From: an uncultured Actinomycetes bacterium
GTDB taxonomy: Bacteria > Actinomycetota > UBA4738 > HRBIN12
NCBI GenBank assembly: GCA_963785835.1
Contig: CAWAWO010000002.1
Location: forward strand, 228,327 to 292,326
Direction of reading: 5' to 3'
DNA: 64,000 nt
Shown here: piece by piece, positions 19,661 through 31,013 of the stretch
How positions within the stretch are numbered: position 1 is the first letter of the stretch
How the letters are laid out: every line of letters begins with the position of its first letter
Translations under genes and position numbers: made by a program
The notes under the pieces: generated by a model
Told to the model about the DNA's origin: nothing
Databases searched by the model: none
Seen by the model: only the letters and a program-made list of their open reading frames with translations

Positions 19661-20638
19661 GTGGAGATCGTCACCAAGAAGCGGATGATGCTGTTCTCCG
19701 GGACGACGCATCTCGCGCTGTCCGAGGAGATCGCCGAGAACCTCGGGATCCCGATCGCGCCCTGCGTGATCCGACGGTTCGGCTCGGGGGAGATCTACGT
19801 GCGGCCCGAGGACTCGGTCCGCGGCGCCGACGTGTTCGTGATCCAGACGCACGCCGACCCGGTGAACGAGTCGATCATGGAGCAGCTCATCCTCATCGAC
19901 GCGATGAAGCGGGCCTCCGCCAAGCGGATCACCGCCGTCGTGCCGTACTACGGGTACGCGAGACAGGACAAGAAGGTCCTCGCGCGAGAGCCGATCAGCG
20001 CGAAGCTCCTCGCCGACCTGCTCACGGCTGCGGGTTCGGACCGGGTGGTCTCGGTCGACCTGCACGCCGGGCAGATCCAGGGGTACTTCGACTTCCCGTT
20101 CGATCACCTCACGGCGCTGCCCGTGCTCACCGGCTACCTCCGAGACGAGCTCGGCCTGCACGGCGACGACCTCGTGGTCGTCGCGCCCGACGCCGGGCGG
20201 ATCCAGACCGCCGAGCGCCTGCGCGAGTACCTGCACGCGGACCTCGCGTTCATGTACAAGCGCCGTTCACGGAAGGAAGCCCACAAGATCGAGGAGATGG
20301 CGGTGGTGGGGGACGTCGCCGGACGCCCCTGCATCCTCGTCGACGACATGATCGACACGGCCGGCACGGTCGCCAAGGGCGCGACCGCGCTCGCCCAGCA
20401 GGGGGCGGGACCGATCTACGCGGCGGCCACCCACCCCGTGCTCTCGGGCAAGGCCGTGCAGAACCTGGAGGAGTCGCCGATCTCCGAGGTCGTCGTCACC
20501 AACACGATGCCGATCCCCGAGGAGAAGCGGTTCGGCAAGCTCCGCGTGCTCTCGATCGCGCCGCTGATCGCCGACGCGCTCCGGGCGGTGTTCGAGGAGA
20601 GCAGCGTCTCCGAGATCTTCCACGGCGAGAACCAGTAG
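19661..20638 (+). CDS. prs: ribose-phosphate diphosphokinase
   Basis: GTG 19661; MLFSGTTHLALSEEIA, DLHAGQIQGYF and the PRPP loop ILVDDMIDTAGT. The part of the 19073 ORF upstream is an out-of-frame overlap with glmU. Confidence 0.95.
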   Translation: MEIVTKKRMMLFSGTTHLALSEEIAENLGIPIAPCVIRRFGSGEIYVRPEDSVRGADVFVIQTHADPVNESIMEQLILIDAMKRASAKRITAVVPYYGYARQDKKVLAREPISAKLLADLLTAAGSDRVVSVDLHAGQIQGYFDFPFDHLTALPVLTGYLRDELGLHGDDLVVVAPDAGRIQTAERLREYLHADLAFMYKRRSRKEAHKIEEMAVVGDVAGRPCILVDDMIDTAGTVAKGATALAQQGAGPIYAAATHPVLSGKAVQNLEESPISEVVVTNTMPIPEEKRFGKLRVLSIAPLIADALRAVFEESSVSEIFHGENQ

Positions 20639-20639
20639 T

Positions 20640-20660
20640 CGGGCCGGAAGGCCCGTTCTC
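20640..20660 (+). terminator. short hairpin after prs
   Basis: cgggcc GGAA ggcccg (6-bp stem, tetraloop) followed by ttctc, 2 nt after the prs TAG. Confidence 0.35.
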
Positions 20661-20714
20661 GCAGCGTGTTGGTACCATGCCCGACCGAACCCCACATCTT
20701 CGAAGGACCCAGGT

Positions 20715-21404
20715 ATGGCCGAACAGAAGCTCGTCGCCGAGCCCCGGACGGACTCCGGCAAGGGCGTCGCCCGCAAGCTGCGCGCGGCGGGACGCGTGCC
20801 CGCCGTCCTCTACGGCGCCGACGTGCAGTCGACCCCGCTCTCGGTGGACGCCAAGGACCTGTTCCACGTCCTCCACACCGGCGCGGGCTCGAACGTCCTC
20901 GTCGACCTGATCGTCGACGGCGACGAGCACCTGGCCATCCCCCGCGACGTCCAGCGGGACCACATCCACGGGCGGTTCATCCATCTCGACTTCCTCGCCG
21001 TCCGGCGGGACGAGAAGATCCACCTGTCGATCCCGGTTCGGGTCGTCGGCGAGTCGGTCGGCGTCAAGGCCGGCGGCGTCGTCGAGCACCACCTCTGGGA
21101 GGTCGAGGTCGAGTGTCTGCCGGGCGACGTCCCCGAGGCGATCGACGTCGACATCACCGAGCTCGAGATCGGCATGGGCCTTCGCGTGAGCGACCTGGTC
21201 GCGCCCTCGGGCGCGACGATCCTGACCAGCCCCGACGAGTCCGTCGTGGCCGTCCAGCAGCCGCAGATGGCCGTCGAGCTCGAGGAGGAGGAGGCCGCGG
21301 CCGAGGCCGCCGAAGGCGAGGAGGCCGCCGAGGGCGAAGAGGCCGAGGGCGAGGGTGCCGAAGGCGAAGAGCGCGGTTCGGCCGACGAGTCGTCCGAGGG
21401 CTGA
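20715..21404 (+). CDS. rplY: 50S ribosomal protein L25 / general stress protein Ctc
   Basis: 229 aa; N-terminus RTDSGKGVARKLRAAGRVPAVLYG; long acidic E/A-rich C-terminal tail. Confidence 0.9.
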   Translation: MAEQKLVAEPRTDSGKGVARKLRAAGRVPAVLYGADVQSTPLSVDAKDLFHVLHTGAGSNVLVDLIVDGDEHLAIPRDVQRDHIHGRFIHLDFLAVRRDEKIHLSIPVRVVGESVGVKAGGVVEHHLWEVEVECLPGDVPEAIDVDITELEIGMGLRVSDLVAPSGATILTSPDESVVAVQQPQMAVELEEEEAAAEAAEGEEAAEGEEAEGEGAEGEERGSADESSEG

Positions 21405-21415
21405 CGCCCTCGTCC

Positions 21416-22076
21416 ATGACCTGGCTCGTCGCTGGGCTCGGGAACCCGGGCCCGCGTTACGCGGGAACCCGTCACAACCTCGGCTACCGGGTCGTCGACG
21501 AGATCGCCGAGCGAGCCGGCGAACGATTCCGCAAGGCGCGGTTCGTCCCCGCCGACACCTGCGAGCTCAACGAAGCGGGCGAACGCGTGGTGCTCGCCAA
21601 GGCCCGTGACTTCATGAACCGCGACCGGCCCGGCGTTCGCCTCGCTCGCTCGCAAGCATCGCGTCGAACCCGACCAGGTGATCGCCGTCCACGACGAGAT
21701 CGATCTCGTGTTCGGCGCGCTCCGCGTGAAGTTCGGGGGCTCGACCGCCGGACACAACGGGCTGCGTTCGCTCGAGAGCGCCCTGCATGCGCAGGACTTC
21801 TACCGGGTCCGCATCGGGGTGGGGCGGCCGACCGGCCGCAAGGAGCCGGGGGACTGGGTGCTCGAGAACTTCGCCAAGCGCGAGGAGCCCGAGGTCGCGA
21901 TCCTCGTCGGTGACGGCGCCGACGCGACGCTCACGCTCGTCCGCGACGGCCTGCAGGTGACCCAGGATCGCTTCAACCGCGAGTGCACCCAGAGAGTAAG
22001 GGTCGTTACGTCTCGATGCGGATGTCCTCGGCGCGCCACTCGCCGGCGGTGTTCAGGATCTCGTCGTCACCGGTGA
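21416..22076 (+). pseudogene. pth: peptidyl-tRNA hydrolase, frame break near 21625; implausible 3' tail
   Basis: MTWLVAGLGNPGPRYAGTRHNLG..FMN (frame 2), then GPAFASLARKHRVEPDQVIAVHDEIDL and GGSTAGHNGLRS (frame 0). After DRFNRE the ORF runs 30 more Arg/Cys-rich codons into the 3' end of vapC. Confidence 0.85.
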
Positions 22077-22395
22077 GGATCGTCGCATCGTGGGCGATGG
22101 CGGTGGCGCAGAGGAACGCGTCGGCGTACGACATCGGATATCGCGCCTTGATCGACGCGGCCGCGACGACTCGCTCCTGCGTCGCCTCGTCGAGCGTGAG
22201 CCCCAGCCGTAGGCTGCTGAGGACCGCATCAGCTTGGTCCGGTCCCTCGCGCCGGTACATCGTGTAGAAGACCTCCCCCGCGTTGATCCAGCTCATGATC
22301 GACCCCCGATCGAGAGCTTCGTCGACGCGGGTGCGGGCGGGCTCTTCCCCTCGCAACGCTGCCAGGACGGCCCACGAATCGAGGCAGATCGTCAC
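22006..22395 (-). CDS. vapC: type II toxin VapC (PIN-domain ribonuclease)
   Basis: 129 aa from GTG 22395: VTICLDSWAVL...(Asp6), YADAFLCATAIAHDATILTGDDE. The start overlaps the vapB stop (GTGA). Confidence 0.85.
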   Translation of the reverse strand: MTICLDSWAVLAALRGEEPARTRVDEALDRGSIMSWINAGEVFYTMYRREGPDQADAVLSSLRLGLTLDEATQERVVAAASIKARYPMSYADAFLCATAIAHDATILTGDDEILNTAGEWRAEDIRIET

Positions 22396-22631
22396 TCCCC
22401 GAACTTCCGCCTCTCCCGTTCGCGGTCGAGACGCCGCTCTTCCTCCAGGTCTTCGAGGATCGGAGACCCCTTGAAGGCGCCCAGGAGGTCCCGGAGCGGG
22501 ACCGGCGCAACGATCCGGATCGCGCGGCCCTCGCGCGTGACGAGGACCTCGTCGCCGGGGCGGATGCCGAGCTCGTCCCGGATCGCCTTCGGGATCACCA
22601 CCTGGCCCTTCGGCCCGACGCGCTGAGTCAT
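22392..22631 (-). CDS. vapB: type II antitoxin, AbrB/SpoVT (MazE-like) family
   Basis: 79 aa: MTQRVGPKGQVVIPKAIRDELGIRPGDEVLV swapped-hairpin motif; charged C-terminal tail. Confidence 0.85.
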   Translation of the reverse strand: MTQRVGPKGQVVIPKAIRDELGIRPGDEVLVTREGRAIRIVAPVPLRDLLGAFKGSPILEDLEEERRLDRERERRKFGE

Positions 22632-22777
22632 ACCGGCAGTATAACCTCGCCGTTTCGGCAGGTCGAGGGCCGGTTCCACCACCCAACCGTATCCGTAGGC
22701 ACCGACACCGCTAGACTCGAACTCGAAGGCCCGTCGCGCCGCGACGAGGCCTCTTCGTGCTGTGCGGAGGTGGTTCG

Positions 22778-25700
22778 GTGGAGCGGCTGCTCGACACGCT
22801 GATCGGCTCGGCGGCGTTCGAACGCCTCCTGCTCGAGCGCGCCCGGCCGGTCGTCGCGCGGACCGACGCAGGCGAGGACTTCCTCGTCGCGGCGCTCGCG
22901 ACCGCGCTCGAGGCACCGGTCCTCGTCGTCGCGCCGGGGCCGCGCGAGGCCGAGTTGCTCGCCGAGGGCGCCGAGGCGTGGCTCGGCGACGAACGCGCCG
23001 CACTCCTTCCGGCCTGGGAAGCGCTCCCGTACGAGGGGATCAGCCCGTCACCCGAGGTCTCGGCGAGACGGGCGCAGGCCGTCCGACGCCTCCGAGCGGC
23101 CGACGGACCGTTCGTGCTCGTCGCGCCGGCGCTCGCGGCGATGCAGGGGCTCGTGCCCACCCTCGGCGAGGTCGAACCCGTCGAGCTCGTCAAGGGGGTC
23201 GAGCTCCCGCCGGACGCCGTCGCCGAACGGCTCGTCGAGCTCGGGTACGCGCGAACCGACGTCGTGGAGCATCGAGGGGAGTTCGCGGTCCGCGGTGGGG
23301 TCCTCGACGTGTTCCCCGGTACGGCGAGGCGGCCCGTTCGGCTCGAGTACTGGGGCGACGAGATCGAATCGCTCCGTGAGTTCACCCCGTCCTCACAGCT
23401 GTCGACGGCCCCGGTCGTGCGCGTCGAGATCCCGCCGGTCCGAGAGCTGATCCCCGACGACGAGCTCGCCGCCCGAGCGCGAGAGCGGGCCCCGCGGTAC
23501 CTCGACCGGTTCCGCGACGGCCTCGAACGGATCGCCGAGGGTCTCCGCGCGGAGGGCTCCGAGACGCTGGCTCCGCTCCTGTTCGACGAGATGCCCGTGC
23601 CGCCCCGGCTGCTCCCGGCCGGCTCGTGGGTCGTCGTCTCCGAGGCGCGCCGGACGTTCGACCGCGCGCGGCAGGCGTTCGACGACGCGGAGGCGCTCGC
23701 CGAGGCGTCGAGCTGGCCGGGTCCGCCGGCGGTCCATCCGCTCGAGGAGGCGCTCGAGGGTCCGGTGTCGCTGCACCTCAGCGGGTTCACCGAGGGGATC
23801 GACGTCGGTCTCGAGGGCTGGGGGACCGCCGAGGGGAACCCGGCCGAGCTCGCCAGACGAGCGGCCGACCTGAAGAGCAGGGGCTATCGCGTGGTGCTCT
23901 CGGCGCGCGGGCACGGGTCGCTCGAACGCGTCCGCGAGTTCGTCGGTCTCCCGGACGCCGACGCGATGGAGGCGTCGCTCACGCGCGGCTTCGTCTTCCC
24001 GGCCGGCAAGCTCGCCGTCGCCACCGAGGAGGACCTGTTCGGCTCGCGCCGGCACACGCGTTCTGCGCCGAGGTTCACGAGCCGTCGCACCGACCGCGTG
24101 GCCGAGGAGATCGAGCCCGGCGACTTCGCGGTCCACCGCGTGCACGGCGTCGGCCGCTACGGCGGGATCCAGCGGCGCGCCGTCGGCGGGTCCGAACGCG
24201 ACTACATGGTGCTCGAGTACGCGGCGGGCGACCGGCTCTCGGTGCCGACCGATCAGGTCGGGATGGTGGCACGGTACGTCGGCGGCGAGACGCCCAGGAT
24301 GTCGCGGCTCGGCTCGAGCGACTGGGCCAGGACCACGAACCGGGTCAAGCGAGCCGTCAAGGACATGGCGGGCGAGCTCGTCCGGCTGTACTCGGTCCGC
24401 ATGTCGGTCGAGCGGCCTCCCTACGGCCCCGACACGCCGTGGCAGATGGAGCTCGAGGACGCGTTCCCGCACGAGGAGACCGGCGACCAGGTCACGGCGA
24501 TCGAGGAGGTCAAGGCGGACCTGCTACGGCCGCGGCCGATGGACCGGCTGATCTGCGGCGACGTCGGGTTCGGCAAGACCGAGATCGCCGTTCGCGCTGC
24601 GTTCAAGGCGGTGATGGAGGGCAAGCAGGTCGCGGTCCTCGTGCCGACCACCTTGCTGGCCGAGCAGCACACGATCACGTTCGGCGAGCGGTACGCGCCG
24701 TTCCCCGTGAAGGTCGCGATGCTCTCCCGCTTCGTGTCGAAACGCGAGCAGGCCGAGATCGTCGACCAGCTCCGTACCGGCGCGGTCGACATCGTGATCG
24801 GGACGCACCGGCTCCTGTCGAAGGACGTCGCGTTCAAGGACCTCGGGCTCGTCGTGGTCGACGAGGAGCAGCGGTTCGGCGTCTCGCACAAGGAACGGCT
24901 GAAGAAGCTCCGCGCGCAGGTCGACGTGCTCACGATGTCGGCGACCCCGATCCCTCGGACGCTCGAGATGGCGCTCACGGGCATCCGCGACATGTCGACC
25001 GTCGACACGCCGCCGGAGGACCGCCAGCCGGTCCTCACGTACGTCGGTCAGTACGACGAGGGGCTCGCGCTCGGCGCCGTTCGGCGCGAGCTGCTGCGCG
25101 AGGGCCAGGTCTTCTGGGTTCACAACCGCGTCGCGACGATCGAACGCCAGGCCGCATGGCTGCAGGAGCAGGTGCCCGATGCGCGCATCGTGGTCGCCCA
25201 CGGCCAGATGGACGAGGAGGTGCTCGAGCGGCGCATGATGCGGTTCTGGGACCGGGAGGCCGACGTGCTGGTCTCGACGGTCATCATCGAATCCGGCCTC
25301 GACGTGCCGAACGCGAACACGCTCGTCGTCGACGCGGCCAACATGCTCGGGCTGTCGCAGATGTACCAACTGCGCGGCAGGGTCGGGCGCAGCCACGAGC
25401 GCGCGTTCGCCTACTTCTTCTTCCCGCCCCAGCGAGAGCTGACGGAGGAAGCGCACGACCGTCTGACGACGATCGCCCGGCACCAGGCGCTCGGCAGCGG
25501 GTTCCAGATAGCGCTCCGGGATCTCGAGATCCGCGGCGCCGGCAACGTGCTCGGCGCCGAGCAGCACGGTCACATCGCCGCGGTCGGGTTCGACACGTAC
25601 GCGCGGCTGCTGCAGGAGTCGGTCGCCGAGATGAAGGGCGAGCCGGTGCAGGAAGAGCCGGACATCCGGATCGACCTGCCGGTGCGTGCGTTCGTGCCGC

Positions 25701-26116
25701 CGGGGTGGCTCGAGCAGGAGGCGCTGCGGCTCGATCTGTACCGGCGGATCGGTTCGGCCGCCGATCACGAGGCGCTCGAACGGGTCCGCGAGGAGGCCGT
25801 CGACCGGTACGGCGCGTTGCCCGAGGAGGTCGAGACGCTCCTCGCGGTCGCCTCGCTCCGGCTCACCGCAGCTCGGCTCGGCGTCGAGGAGATCTCGACG
25901 TACCGGCAGCAGGTGCGGATCAAGCCGGTCGCTCTGTCCGACGCGGCCGAGCACGAGCTGGGGCGCAGCGTGCCCGGCTCCTCGTACCACCGGACCACGG
26001 CGACCCTGAACCTGGACCCGGAGCGCACCGCGGGCACCGAGCTGCCCCGCTGGGTCGAGCGACAGCTGGTGCTGGCGACCGGCGAAGACGCAACCGTTGC
26101 TAGCATCAACGCGTGA
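22778..26116 (+). CDS. mfd: transcription-repair coupling factor
   Basis: About 1110 aa; UvrB-homology N-terminus, CarD-like FAVHRVHGVGRY, helicase motifs GDVGFGKTE and VVDEEQRFGV, TRG motif. GTG 22778 has GGAGG 7 nt upstream; alternative GTG at 22757. Confidence 0.95.
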   Translation: MERLLDTLIGSAAFERLLLERARPVVARTDAGEDFLVAALATALEAPVLVVAPGPREAELLAEGAEAWLGDERAALLPAWEALPYEGISPSPEVSARRAQAVRRLRAADGPFVLVAPALAAMQGLVPTLGEVEPVELVKGVELPPDAVAERLVELGYARTDVVEHRGEFAVRGGVLDVFPGTARRPVRLEYWGDEIESLREFTPSSQLSTAPVVRVEIPPVRELIPDDELAARARERAPRYLDRFRDGLERIAEGLRAEGSETLAPLLFDEMPVPPRLLPAGSWVVVSEARRTFDRARQAFDDAEALAEASSWPGPPAVHPLEEALEGPVSLHLSGFTEGIDVGLEGWGTAEGNPAELARRAADLKSRGYRVVLSARGHGSLERVREFVGLPDADAMEASLTRGFVFPAGKLAVATEEDLFGSRRHTRSAPRFTSRRTDRVAEEIEPGDFAVHRVHGVGRYGGIQRRAVGGSERDYMVLEYAAGDRLSVPTDQVGMVARYVGGETPRMSRLGSSDWARTTNRVKRAVKDMAGELVRLYSVRMSVERPPYGPDTPWQMELEDAFPHEETGDQVTAIEEVKADLLRPRPMDRLICGDVGFGKTEIAVRAAFKAVMEGKQVAVLVPTTLLAEQHTITFGERYAPFPVKVAMLSRFVSKREQAEIVDQLRTGAVDIVIGTHRLLSKDVAFKDLGLVVVDEEQRFGVSHKERLKKLRAQVDVLTMSATPIPRTLEMALTGIRDMSTVDTPPEDRQPVLTYVGQYDEGLALGAVRRELLREGQVFWVHNRVATIERQAAWLQEQVPDARIVVAHGQMDEEVLERRMMRFWDREADVLVSTVIIESGLDVPNANTLVVDAANMLGLSQMYQLRGRVGRSHERAFAYFFFPPQRELTEEAHDRLTTIARHQALGSGFQIALRDLEIRGAGNVLGAEQHGHIAAVGFDTYARLLQESVAEMKGEPVQEEPDIRIDLPVRAFVPPGWLEQEALRLDLYRRIGSAADHEALERVREEAVDRYGALPEEVETLLAVASLRLTAARLGVEEISTYRQQVRIKPVALSDAAEHELGRSVPGSSYHRTTATLNLDPERTAGTELPRWVERQLVLATGEDATVASINA

Positions 26117-27148
26117 CCCGCCGCCTCCCACGCGCGTTCGTGCTCGTCCTCACCGGTCTCGCGCTGGTGGCGAGCGCGTGTTCCGGTTCGAGCTCCACCG
26201 CCGCGACGGTCGGCGAGAGCGAGATCTCGATCGAGGAGCTCGAACGCGACATGGTGCTGTTCGAGTTCCTCTCGGGCCTCTCGGGCGCGCCGTGCGGAAC
26301 GGCGAGCCGAGTTCGAGTCGCAGGATGCGGCGTGCGCGCGCTTCACGCTCTCGAACGACATCCGCGAGGAGCTGGCGAAGGCCTACGCGGCCGAGCACGA
26401 CCTCTCGGTCGAGCGGGCGGTCGTCAACGACGCGATCGTGCAACTCGAGACGAACCTCGGAGGGGCGGAGGCGCTCGACGGCCAGCTCGCCGACGCGGAC
26501 CTCCAACGCGCCGACCTGCGAACCCTGGCCGAGCGGCTGCTGCTCCTCAACGTCGTGCAGGAAGCCGTCGTGGACGAACGCCTCGACGAGGATGCGCTGC
26601 GTGCCCAGTACGACGAGCAGCTCGGAACCCTCACCACGCTCGAGTTCGCGCACATCCTCGTGGAGGACGAGGCCGACGCCGAGCGCATCGCCGCCGAGGC
26701 CACCCCGGAGACGTTCGCCCAGCTCGCCCGGCGCGAGTCGATCGATCCGGGTTCGGCGCCGAACGGCGGGAACCTCGGTTCGTTCTCGGAGGCGGAGTTC
26801 AGCGCGCAGTTCGACGCGGACTTCGTCGCCGGCGCGCTCGAGCTCGAACCGGGCGAGATCTCGGCGCCGGTGCAGACGCAGTTCGGGTGGCACGTGATCC
26901 AACTGGTCAGCGCGGAGGTACCGCGGTTCGAGGACGTCCGCGAGCAGTTGCGCGCGAGCGGCGCCGGGCAGGCCTTCCAGGACTGGATGCTCGAACAGCT
27001 CGACTCGACCGACATCGACGTGAACCCGCGCTTCGGAAGGCTCGACACGACGACGGGTGAGGTGGTCGCGATCCGGAGCACGGAAGCGGGCGAGGGCGAG
27101 GACCGGTCGGCGGGCGCGACCGCGCCGGCCGGCGCGACTGCCCCGTGA
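26113..27148 (+). pseudogene. parvulin-type peptidyl-prolyl isomerase lipoprotein (PrsA/SurA-like), frame break near 26295
   Basis: Lipobox LALVASAC and N-terminus in frame 1. AEFESQDAACARF...IVQLETNLGG and the parvulin domain (FAHILV..., QTQFGWHVIQL) in frame 2. Confidence 0.8.
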
Positions 27149-28005
27149 CCGACGACCCGGGTCGGCGTTCGCCGGCCCCGGATCCGCGTTCCGATATCTC
27201 CGAGCTCTCCGATCCGGCGTCCCACGTTCCCGAGGGTCCGGTTCCGTCGTCCGAGCACGGTGAGCGACTGCTCGATCTCGTCCGCGTGATGGCGCGGTTG
27301 CGCGGTCCCGGCGGCTGTCCGTGGGATCGCGAGCAGACGCACGAGTCGCTCGCCCGGCACCTGCTCGAAGAGACGCACGAGACGCTCGACGCGATCGACG
27401 CCGGCGACCGCGACCGTTTGCGCGAGGAGCTCGGCGACGTGTTGCTCCAGGTCGTGTTCCACGCGCAGATGGCGGCGGACGACGAGGCGTGGGACGTCGA
27501 CGACGTTGCGCGGGGCATCGTCGAGAAGTTGATCCGCCGTCACCCCCATGTGTTCGGCGACATCGAGGTCGCGGGCGCCGACGAGGTGCTCGTCAACTGG
27601 GAGCGGATCAAGGCGGACGAGAAGGGGGAGAAACCGCTCGAGGACGACATCCCTGCGTCGCTCCCGGCGCTCGCGCGCGCCTCGAAGGTGCAGCGGCGAG
27701 CCGCGGGTTGGGGGTTCGAGTGGCGTTCGGTCGACTCCGCGCTCGGGGCTTTGAAGGAGGAGGTCGGCGAGCTCGAGGCGCACACCGACGCCGACAACGC
27801 CGAGGAGGAGATCGGCGACGTGCTGTTCGCGACGGTCTCGGTCGCGCGGAAGCTCGGGATCGACCCCGAGAGCGCCCTACGCCGTACCGTGCGCGGGTTC
27901 GCCGAGCGCTACGAGCGGTTCACGAAGCTCGCAGCGGAGCAAGGGCTGACGCTCGACGAGATGTCCGAAGACGAGATCCGAACGCTGTTCCGCCGTGTGC
28001 GTTGA
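27145..28005 (+). CDS. mazG: nucleoside triphosphate pyrophosphohydrolase MazG
   Basis: CPWDREQTHESLARHLLEETHE and EELGDVLLQV, plus the second EEIGDVLF motif. The start overlaps the upstream stop. Confidence 0.9.
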   Translation: MTDDPGRRSPAPDPRSDISELSDPASHVPEGPVPSSEHGERLLDLVRVMARLRGPGGCPWDREQTHESLARHLLEETHETLDAIDAGDRDRLREELGDVLLQVVFHAQMAADDEAWDVDDVARGIVEKLIRRHPHVFGDIEVAGADEVLVNWERIKADEKGEKPLEDDIPASLPALARASKVQRRAAGWGFEWRSVDSALGALKEEVGELEAHTDADNAEEEIGDVLFATVSVARKLGIDPESALRRTVRGFAERYERFTKLAAEQGLTLDEMSEDEIRTLFRRVR

Positions 28006-28162
28006 TGGTATGCGGATGCCGACGATGCCTCTTTCGGCATACCCGGCGCGCGGAGGATCCGGGCCAACCGATCGATCCTCCGGAGGCATCGATCCCGTAC
28101 CCGACAACCCCTCGGACCGCGCCGATGCCGAAGGAGGCATCGAACCCCCACCCGAGGCAGCG

Positions 28163-28831
28163 TCAGCGTTCGTAGACGGCGAGATCCCACACGACCCGGC
28201 GCCGTTCGTGGTGCACGCGCCTGAACCCTGCCGCCCGGATCTGCTCGTCGATGCGATCGACGTCGTGGACGAAGGTTCGGAAGCCACCGAACTTCGTTTT
28301 CCGGAGCCGGTAGACGACGTTCCAGGTCTTGTTCACCACCCGGTTGAACAGACTGATCGGCCCTCGGGAGACCGGGGCCGAGATCGCGTACACCGAACCG
28401 GTCGCGGCCAACGTGCGTTCGAGGATCCCATCGGCATCCGGGTAGCAACACACCACCCGGTTGACGGCCACCACGTCGGCCCTCGGGAGCTCGAGCTTGG
28501 ATCCGTCGCCCACGTCGAAGGTGGTCCGGTCGCCGACCCTTCGCTCCCGCGCGAGCGACCTGGCCCGCTCGATCGCCTTCGGGGACAGGTCGAATCCGGT
28601 TGCGTTCGAGGCGCCGGCGGCGACGCTCGCGATCGCGAGGTCGCCGATCCCGCATCCGACGTCCAGCACGGTTCGTCCCGAGACACCCAGTTCCGTGATC
28701 GCATCGAGGAGCGAGGCCGTGACGGCGTTGACCGTTTCATGCTTCTTGGCCTCCCGCTCCCAGCGGTCGACCCAGTCGTCGAAGCAGCACCGTTCGGGCT
28801 CGGACCGTCCGTCTTGGGGTTCGACATCCAT
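28163..28831 (-). CDS. class I SAM-dependent methyltransferase
   Basis: 222 aa; motif I VLDVGCGIGDLAI, acidic loop GFDLS, motif IV-like VVAVNRV. Confidence 0.8.
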   Translation of the reverse strand: MDVEPQDGRSEPERCCFDDWVDRWEREAKKHETVNAVTASLLDAITELGVSGRTVLDVGCGIGDLAIASVAAGASNATGFDLSPKAIERARSLARERRVGDRTTFDVGDGSKLELPRADVVAVNRVVCCYPDADGILERTLAATGSVYAISAPVSRGPISLFNRVVNKTWNVVYRLRKTKFGGFRTFVHDVDRIDEQIRAAGFRRVHHERRRVVWDLAVYER

Positions 28832-28907
28832 GCACCCGAGTCTATGAGCCCGCGCGAACCGCGAGCGACGATCGCGAAATCCACGCCCGGCGCCGCGGCC
28901 ACGCTAG

Positions 28908-30544
<1,637 letters not shown>

Positions 30545-30642
30545 CGGGGGTCCTGCGGGGCGGCCCATTGACGGCCGTTCGGGGCCGATGGGACACTGAC
30601 CGCCCCGGCGATGCGTCGGGGTGGAACGGAGGAGGAGAGACC

Positions 30643-31005
30643 CTGGCAGACCTCGAGGTCGGTGCGGTCATCGAAGGGACCGTGAGCCGCATCACCCCGT
30701 ACGGCGCCTTCCTGACCCTCGAGGGCGGGAAGATGGGGCTCGTCCACATCTCCGAGATCGATCGGAACTACGTCAAGGACGTCCACGAGCACCTGCGGGA
30801 GAGCGACGTCGTCCAGGCGAAGGTCATCGCCATCAAGGAGGACGGCAAGATCGACCTGTCGATCAAGGCCCTGCAGGATCCGGCCCCACCTCGCGTTCGT
30901 CGGGGCTCCGACCCCGACTTCGAGGCCCGCCTGAAGAAGTTCATGCGCCAGAGCGAGGAGCGCCAGGTCGACTTCAAGCGCTCCGTCGAGCACAAACGCA
31001 AGTAG
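30643..31005 (+). CDS. S1 RNA-binding domain protein (YabR-like)
   Basis: LADLEVGAVIEGTVSRITPYGAFLTLEGGKMGLVHISEI is an S1 OB fold. GGAGGAGGAG lies 5 nt upstream of CTG 30643. There is no in-frame ATG or GTG nearby, so the start is uncertain. Confidence 0.75.
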   Translation: MADLEVGAVIEGTVSRITPYGAFLTLEGGKMGLVHISEIDRNYVKDVHEHLRESDVVQAKVIAIKEDGKIDLSIKALQDPAPPRVRRGSDPDFEARLKKFMRQSEERQVDFKRSVEHKRK

Positions 31006-31013
31006 CGCCCTCC

